DNA of 64,000 nucleotides from Eledone cirrhosa (Eukaryota): NCBI GenBank assembly GCA_964016885.1, contig OZ024762.1, positions 5,022,001 to 5,086,000 of the forward strand, read 5' to 3'. Shown piece by piece: positions 48,144 to 57,047 of this stretch (position 1 is its first letter; each line of letters starts with the position of its first letter). The notes under the pieces were generated by a model. It saw only the letters and a program-made list of their open reading frames with translations, ran no database searches and was not told where the DNA came from. The position numbers and the translations under genes were made by a program.

Positions 48144-51100
48144 CAATGTGTGTGTGTGTATATATATTTATATCCATTCATCTTCATCTAATCATTGCCA
48201 CATGTCTGTGTGTATGTTTCTCACTCTCTATGGGAGGGAGGTGGAAGAATATAGGCAGCATGGTCCCCACCCCACACTGTAAAGTGGTCATGTAGGAGAC
48301 ACCACAAGAAGCACCCAGTCCACACTGTAAAGTGGTCGTGTAGGAGACACCACAAGAAGCACCCAGTCCACACTGTAAAGTGGTCGTGTAGGAGACACCA
48401 CAAGAAGCACCCAGTCCACACTGTAAAGTGGTCGTGTAGGAGACACGACAAGAAGTACCCAGTCCACACTGTAAAGTGGTCGTGTAGGAGACACGACAAG
48501 AAGTACCCAGTCCACACTGTAAAGTGGTCGTGTAGGAGACACGACAAGAAGTACCCAGTCCACACTGTAAAGTGGTCGTGTAGGAGACACCACAAGAAGC
48601 ACCCAGTCCACACTGTAAAGTGGTCGTGTAGGAGACACGACAAGAAGTACCCAGTCCACACTGTAAAGTGGTCGTGTAGGAGACACCACAAGAAGCACCC
48701 AGTCCACACTGTAAAGTGGTCGTGTAGGAGACACGACAAGAAGTACCCAGTCCACACTGTAAAGTGGTCGTGTAGGAGACACCACAAGAAGTACCCAGTC
48801 CACACTGTAAAGTGGTCGTGTAGGAGACACGACAAGAAGTACCCAGTCCACACTGTAAAGTGGTCGTGTAGGAGACACGACAAGAAGCACCCAGTCCACA
48901 CTGTAAAGTGGTCGTGTAGGAGACACGACAAGAAGTACCCAGTCCACACTGTAAAGTGGTCGTGTAGGAGACACCACAAGAAGCACCCAGTCCACACTGT
49001 AAAGTGGTCGTGTAGGAGACACGACAAGAAGCACCCAGTCCACACTGTAAAGTGGTCGTGTAGGAGACACCACAAGAAGCACCCAGTCCACACTGTAAAG
49101 TGGTCATGTAGGAGACACGACAAGAAGCACCCAGTCCGCACTGTAAAGTGGTCGTGTAGGAGACACGACAAGAAGCACCCAGTCCACACTGTAAAGTGGT
49201 CGTGTAGGAGACATGACAAAAAACACCCAGTACTCACTGTAAATGAGGAGGATGTTAGGAAGGGCATCCGGCTGTAGAAACTAAGCCAAAATCAATTCTG
49301 TATGAGCAAGACATGGTCACCTGACCTAGCATTGCCCACAACAGGACAACCTGTTTAGCCCATGCTAAAAATGGATGTTAAACAGTGATTATGATGATTG
49401 CTGCAGTGACTTCATCAAGGAAGGATCAGTATTTGGACTGTCTGTTTGACACATAAACTTGCCCACCCACTGAGATGTATCTTTTAGGATAAACTTCAAG
49501 AGGCAAATCCTTTCTCCAATTGTATCCGTTCTATAAACCATTCTGACAGCTGAGGGCTTGTGAATATCCCCACTCCTGTTTATGGAATTCCTTTGAAGGA
49601 GGTGGAAAAGTTCAAGTATCTTGGGGCCATCTTCACACATGATGGAGGGCTGGTGGCTGAATTAAGTGCAAGAATTTTTGGACTTGGCACAATTATATGC
49701 CAGCTTCACCATTCGGTAAGGAGAAGGGAGGTAAGTGTAAAAGCCAAACTGGCTATCTTCATTTTTGTATTCGTGCCTACATTTGCCTATGGTCATGAAT
49801 CTTGGGTAATGACCGAAAGAATAAATTGCTAGGATAAGTGGCCGAAATGGGGTACCTCTGAGGGCTCTTTGGAGTAACACTACTCGATAGAGTCTGTAGC
49901 TCAGAGATCAGAGTCACTCCAGATAGAGCCGCTAGTTCTCCGAATTGAAAGCTCTGCTACTATGGCCATGTGATTAGAATGTCTCAGGAAAGAATCGCTG
50001 GACAGATTTTACGGGCACAACCAACTGGCAGAGACCCAGGGGTAGACCCTGAGCGAGATGGTTGGATAGCATCCATGAGCTTGGCTGGTCACGTTTGGGG
50101 ATCCAGCCAGATCAGTTGAAGACAGTTGCTTCTAACAGGACCTGCTGAAAGGAGTGTTTGAGGGCTCTGTCCCCTCAACCTTCCCAGGGTGATGTAGACA
50201 AAGAAGAAGGAGAAGAACTTTTAGGGAAGGAGTTGGGGTGATGGAAGCTGCAGGGTACTCAGATTTGAACATTAGGGGTGTGAGTCAAAGAAAAGAAACA
50301 CCTCCCATTATGTACATTGTGAATTGGCAGTATCAGTAGAGGGTTGGACGCCATGCTTTCTAGCATAGTTACGTGGTGGTGGTGGTGGTGGTGATGGTGG
50401 TGGTGGTGGTGGTGGTGGTGATGATATTGGTGGGGATGGAGGTGGTGATGGTGGGGATGGAGGTGGTGGTGGTGATGATGATGATGGTAATGGTGGGGAT
50501 GGAGGTGGTGATGATAATGATGTTGGTGGGGATGGAGGTGGTGGTGGTGATGGTGATGATGATGGCAATTATGAAGACGATCATGATGAAGATGGTGGTG
50601 GTGGTGATGGTAGAGGTGGTGATGGTGATGACGAAGATGATGGCGGGAGTGATGGCGATGGTGGTGATGATGATGGTGCCAATTATGACAATGATTATTC
50701 TGATGATGATGATGATAATGGTGGGGGGGGGGGGGGTAAAAGAGAGGAAACTTGAAGGTCTTGTCCTGCCCACAAAAGTTGAGTCATTCCAACCAATGTA
50801 AATATATATCAGTTCCTTCTCTGACAACATTCAGGAAATTGGGAGTTACTTGTTTGTCTTTTGTGGGGGAGGGGCAGGGCAGGGTGGTGGTGGGGTGGGG
50901 TGGGTGGTGGGGGTGGGACTGGGTGGTAATGGTGGTGGTGGAGTGGACACAATGGTGCATGGCAGTGTGGTGGTGGTGGTGGTGGTGGGAGGGGGACAGT
51001 GCAAGGGGCTGGGTGAGGCAGGATGGTGGGAGGGTATGGGGGACAGGACAGTGCAAGGTATGGCGGTGGTGGTGATAGGGAAGGGTGGGGGAGGAGGTCT

Positions 51101-53820
51101 TGCTTATTTATTTGAAATCTGAAATCAGGAATTAATCATTGAATTATTATTAAGTTGGCAAGAAACGGAGAAGATTGCTGCCATAACTGGACTCTTCCTA
51201 CTTTGCCAACAACTGTCTTCATTGAACTTGACCTAGAAATTCTAAATGGTAAATGTAAGTAAATAACAGGTATATAATAAATAGATATATCAGTAAAGCA
51301 CCCAGTCCACTCTGTAAAGTGTTTTGTTTGTGTCACAATAAAAAGCACCCAGTCCACTCTGTAAATTGTTGTGTTGGTGTCACAATAAAAAGCACCCACT
51401 TCACCCTGTAAAGTGGTTGTGTTGGTGTCACAATAAAAAGCACCCACTTCACCCTGTAAAGTGGTTGTGTTGGTGTCACAATAAAAAGCACCCAGTCCAC
51501 TCTGTAAAGTGGTTGTGTTGGTGTCACAATAAAAAGCACCCACTTCACCCTGTAAAGTGGTTGTGTTGGTGTCACAATAAAAAGCACCCAGTCTTCTCTA
51601 TAAAGTGGTTGTGTTGGTGTCACAATAAAAAGCACCCAGTCCACTCTGTAAAGTGGTTGTGTTGGTGTCACAATAAAAAGCACCCACTTCACCCTGTAAA
51701 GTGGTTGTGTTGGTGTCACAATAAAAATCACCCAGTCCACTCTGTAAAGTGGTTGTGTTGGTGTCACAATAAAAAGCACCCAGTCCACTCTGTAAAGTGG
51801 TTGTGTTGGTGTCACAATAAAAAGCACCCAGTCCACTCTGTAAAGTGGTTGTGTTGGTGTCACAATAAAAATCACCCAGTCCACTCTGTAAAGTGGTTGT
51901 GTTGGTGTCACAATAAAAATCACCCAGTCCACTCTGTAAAGTGGTTGTGTTGGTGTCACAATAAAAAGCACCCAGTCCACTCTGTAAAGTGGTTGTGTTG
52001 GTGTCACAATAAAAAGCACCCAGTCCACTCTGTAAAGTGGTTGTGTTGGTGTCACAATAAAAAGCACCCAGTCCACTCTGTAAAGTGGTTGTGTTGGTGT
52101 CACAATAAAAATCACCACAGTCCACTCTGTAAAGTGGTTGTGTTGGTGTCACAATAAAAAGCACCCACTTCACCCTGTAAAGTGGTTGTGTTGGTGTCAC
52201 AATAAAAAGCACCCAGTCCACTCTGTAAAGTGGTTGTGTTGGTGTCACAATAAAAAGCACCCACTTCACCCTGTAAAGTGGTTGTGTTGGTGTCACAATA
52301 AAAATCACCCAGTCCACTCTGTAAAGTGGTTGTGTTGGTGTCACAATAAAAAGCACCCAGTCCACTCTGTAAAGTGGTTGTGTTGGTGTCACAATAAAAA
52401 GCACCCAGTCCACTCTGTAAAGTGGTTGTGTTGGTGTCACAATAAAAAGCACCCAGTCCACTCTGTAAAGTGGTTGTGTTGGTGTCACAATAAAAAGCAC
52501 CCAGTCCACTCTGTAAAGTGGTTGTGTTGGTGTCACAATAAAAAGCACCCACTTCACCCTGTAAAGTGGTTGTGTTGGTGTCACAATAAAAAGCACCCAG
52601 TCCACTCTGTAAAGTGTTGTGTTGGTGTCACAATAAAAAGCACCCAGTCCACTCTGTAAAGTGGTTGTGTTGGTGTCACAATAAAAAGCACCCAGTCCAC
52701 TCTGTAAAGTGGTTGTGTTGGTGTCACAATAAAAAGCACCCACTTCACCCTGTAAAGTGGTTGTGTTGGTGTCACAATAAAAAGCACCCAGTCCACTCTG
52801 TAAAGTGGTTGTGTTGGTGTCACAATAAAAAGCACCCACTTCACCCTGTAAAGTGGTTGTGTTGGTGTCACAATAAAAAGCACCCAGTCCACTCTGTAAA
52901 GTGGTTGTGTTGGTGTCACAATAAAAAGCACCCACTTCACCCTGTAAAGTGGTTGTGTTGGTGTCACATTAAAAAGCACCCAGTCCACTCTGTAAAGTGG
53001 TTGTGTTGGTGTCACAATAAAAAGCACCCACTTCACCCTGTAAAGTGGTTGTGTTGGTGTCACAATAAAAAGCACCCAGTCCACTCTGTAAAGTGGTTGT
53101 GTTGGTGTCACAATAAAAAGCACCCACTTCACCCTGTAAAGTGGTTGTGTTGGTGTCACATTAAAAAGCACCCAGTCCACTCTGTAAAGTGGTTGTGTTG
53201 GTGTCACAATAAAAAGCACCCAGTCCACTCTGTAAAGTGGTTGTGTTGGCGTCACAATAAAAAGCACAAAATATGAGCAAGATGTGGTCACCTCACCTGA
53301 CTTTTCTCATAACGTGACAACCTGTCTAACCCATGCAAGCATGGAAAATGGATGTTAAACAATGATTTATATATATATATATATGTATATATAAAAATGT
53401 AAGTCCAAAGAATCATTAGATAAAATATATACTGTATTTCCTCTCCCAATCAGTATAAATTAACCACACAAAAAATGTCCTTCCTAACAGCAACCACATT
53501 TACAGCGTGGACTGGGAGCCTTTTTACCGTGTTTCCTACACGACTACTTTACACTGTGGAGTGGGTGCTTTTTTGTCGTGACACCTACACGACAACTTTA
53601 GTCTGGACTGGGTGTTCTGTGGTACCAATATAACTTCTGTATATATATAATAGTAAAAAAGGAAAAAAATAGAAAATGCTAAAAGGATTTTCTCTCAGAA
53701 TTTTGTAAATAAATATTTTGCTGTTATTCTGAGAGAAAATCCCTTTAGCATTTTCTAGTTTTTTTTCTTTTATACATTATTTTATATATTATATATATCA
53801 ACTCGTCTGTCACTTCTCTA

Positions 53821-53901
<81 letters not shown>

Positions 53902-54203
53902 TATGTAAAAGTTCTATTTAAATTGTTGGGATGCAACAAGCAAATATTTTTATAACTGATATAAAGCACTCAACAAATTATTGGAGTAAAAATACGATAT
54001 ATTAACAATTGGAAACTATATTTATAAAACCATATTTATTTCATTATACATATTTCAAGGACACCAAGTTAAATTATGGTGTGCTTTCATCAGATAAAAT
54101 ATAATATAGAGCAGTTTTATAAATAAATATTGACATACCCTTAAAGAATGCGACCATTTCTGTTGGAAGCTCCCGGATAGTATATATATATATATATATA
54201 CTG

Positions 54204-54234
<31 letters not shown>

Positions 54235-57001
54235 GTATTTATGCACTTCTATAAAGAAGGAAGTACTTAGTAGAATAAAATAATATTTTTGAAAATTAAT
54301 AGAGAGAGAAAGACATCTCCTGTTACTGTCTCTCTTCCTCAGCTGTTGCTATCTCCACTTACCATTATGTGAAGCTGTGGAATACATCCTTTCTTCTCAA
54401 CACCGGACAACTAGAAAGACATTGCTGTTAATGTAAAATTCATTTAGTCTAGTGCTTCATCATTTTCTGAACCCTCTCCACCACCACCACCACTACCACT
54501 ACCATTACCATTACTACCACTACTACTACCACTACCATTACTGTTACCACCATCACCACCACCACAACCACCACCATTACCACCATCACCACCACCGCTA
54601 CTGTTACCACACCACCACCACCACCACTATCACTGCTGCTGCTGTTACCACCCTCACCCCCATCATCATCACTACCATCATCACAACCACCATCACCTTA
54701 CAACCACCATAGCCACCACTACCACCATCACCACCACCACCACCAGTCAGTCACTCTCTTCACACTATAGTCTTCATACTGTCATCTTCACAAGTTCCTC
54801 TCAATCACTGATTAATCTCATTAATGGTTTTATTTTATTTTATTTTATTTTTTTATAAAACTCAACTGAATCAGTGACTCATAATAATGACTTGACTTTG
54901 AAACTAACTTTAGCTTTAATAACTTATCTGGAGTATCAACCACATCTTTTGAAGGTGTGTAGCCTAGTAGTTCAGTGAATTGGCAGAGTCGTTAGAACGT
55001 CAGATAGAATGCTTTATGGTATTCATTACAAGTCTCTGTTCTCTGAGTTCAAATCCCACCGAGGTTAACTTTGTCTTTCATCCTTTCGAGGTTGATAAAA
55101 AAAAGTACCAGTCTAGTACTGGGGTCGATTCTTCCTCTATATCTCTTTCTCATTTCCTCTCTCTCACTTTCTGTCTTTCTCTGGAAGAAATCTGCTGTAC
55201 CTAATACACCATATAGCTTGACCTGATCTGAAGATATGTCCCTTTCCACATTTCTGCCAGGAGTTGTGATCAACAGATAGAATCAGCAATGAAAAGACCA
55301 ATGGAAACATAGTTCCCTTAGTCTGATCTGATGATCAACTTTTCCTTTCCACACTTCAGCCAGAAGATATAACTGGTAGACAGTATCAGTAATGGAAATA
55401 CTAATGGAAACATAGTTTATTTTGTCTGATTTAACAACCAACTCCTTTACTTTTTTTTTCTTCTTTTTAATTACCTCTTTAGCATTTAAACCACTCGTAT
55501 CTGGCCAGAATTCTTTCACCTCTTTCTGTTCAAACTGGCCGTAACTTGCTACTCATACTTATGTTAAGTTATTGTTCTCAACATAAATAATATCAAAATC
55601 TCATAGATTTGATATCATGTGAGATAATTATGTAAGATAAAGCCTTTACCATGAAAATACAATAGTATATATAGAGTACAGGCTCACAATCTTTTATTCG
55701 AAATCCTTAGGACCGGACACTTTTTGGATTTTGGAATGGAAAATTTTGGCATAGATTTTAATGCTTTATAGATAAAACATTACAGGGGTAGAGTGCTCAG
55801 CTCATGGCCATAAGGTTGTGAGTTTGCACCTCGATCCCGGCAGTTACTTGGTGAGGGAGGTAGCGCTCTCTTGTCACACTAGCGGGGCTACATGTGTCTG
55901 GCTGAGCACTGAGGAGCACTGAGACACAACTGCATAACCTGGGTTGACAGTGGGTCGTTTCGGGTCAAGTTTGGTGCCAAACGCGGGCAGACGACATCCT
56001 GGAAAAAAATGTTCAGTTTTCAGAGCTTTTTGGAATTTCGGATAAAAGATGGTGAACCTGTAATGTAAATGCATAAGAGGTTAATTTTATTTTTGTTTTT
56101 GTTTCAGATTTCTGTCAGTGCTGAGTTCTATTCTAGCAATGAACGCCATCTATTGAGTCCTTTACCAACTTGGTTCACACTGCCATTCACTTTTTCCCGC
56201 AATACAATGTATTATCGAATGCATTTCCAAAACAAAAAGAACATCCTGATGGCGTACACCATACAGCTAAACCCTTACAACTGTAAAGCTGCCACAAATG
56301 GTAACCTTCTCTCTTATCTATGTGGGTGTTATACATGTGTGTATGTGTGGGTGGAACTATGTGTGTGTGTGTGTTATACATGTGTGTATGTGTGGGTGGA
56401 ACTATATATGTGTGGGTGTTATACATGTGTGTATGTGTGGGTGGAACTATGTGTGTGTGTGTGTTATACATGTGTGTATGTGTGGGTGGAACTATGTGTG
56501 TGTGTGTGTTATACATGTGTGTATGTGTGGGTGGAACTATGTGTGTGTGTGTTATACATGTGTGTATGTATGGGTGGAACTATGTGTGTGTGGGTGGCTT
56601 GGTGGAACTATAAATGTGTGTGTGTGTGGGTGGAACTATATATGTGTGGGTGTTATACATGTGTGTATGTGTGGGTGGAACTATATATGTGTGGGTGTTA
56701 TACATGTGTGTATGTGTATAACTATATATATGTGTGTGTGTGTGTTATACATGTGTGTATGTGAGTGGGTGTAACTATATGTGTGTGTGTGTGTTATACA
56801 TGTGTGTAAGTAGGTTGGTATTACTATATGTGTGTGTGTGTATGTGGCTGGATGTAACTATATATATGTGTGTATACATATTTCAAGGACACCAAGTTAA
56901 ATTATGGTGTGCTTTCATCAGATAAAATATAATATAGAGCAGTTTTATAAATAAATATTGACATACCCTTAAAGAATGCGACCATTTCTGTTGGAAGCTC
57001 C

Positions 57002-57047
<46 letters not shown>

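Noticed and set aside
51129-51254. + strand PGAP1 exon (cag|...|gtaagt)
   Set aside because: In-frame stop, poor pyrimidine tract, and exons 17 and 18 already join in frame; the minus-strand reading fits better, though a poison exon cannot be excluded
48184-53291. Long ORFs of 146-445 aa with 16-aa periodicity
   Set aside because: Artefacts of 48-bp satellites that lack stops in several frames on both strands; no splice or domain support
55223-55430. Tandem C/D snoRNAs or hammerheads on the + strand (TGATGA/CTGA; CTGANGA...GAAAC)
   Set aside because: No terminal stem or recognisable rRNA guide, and no hammerhead stem I pairing
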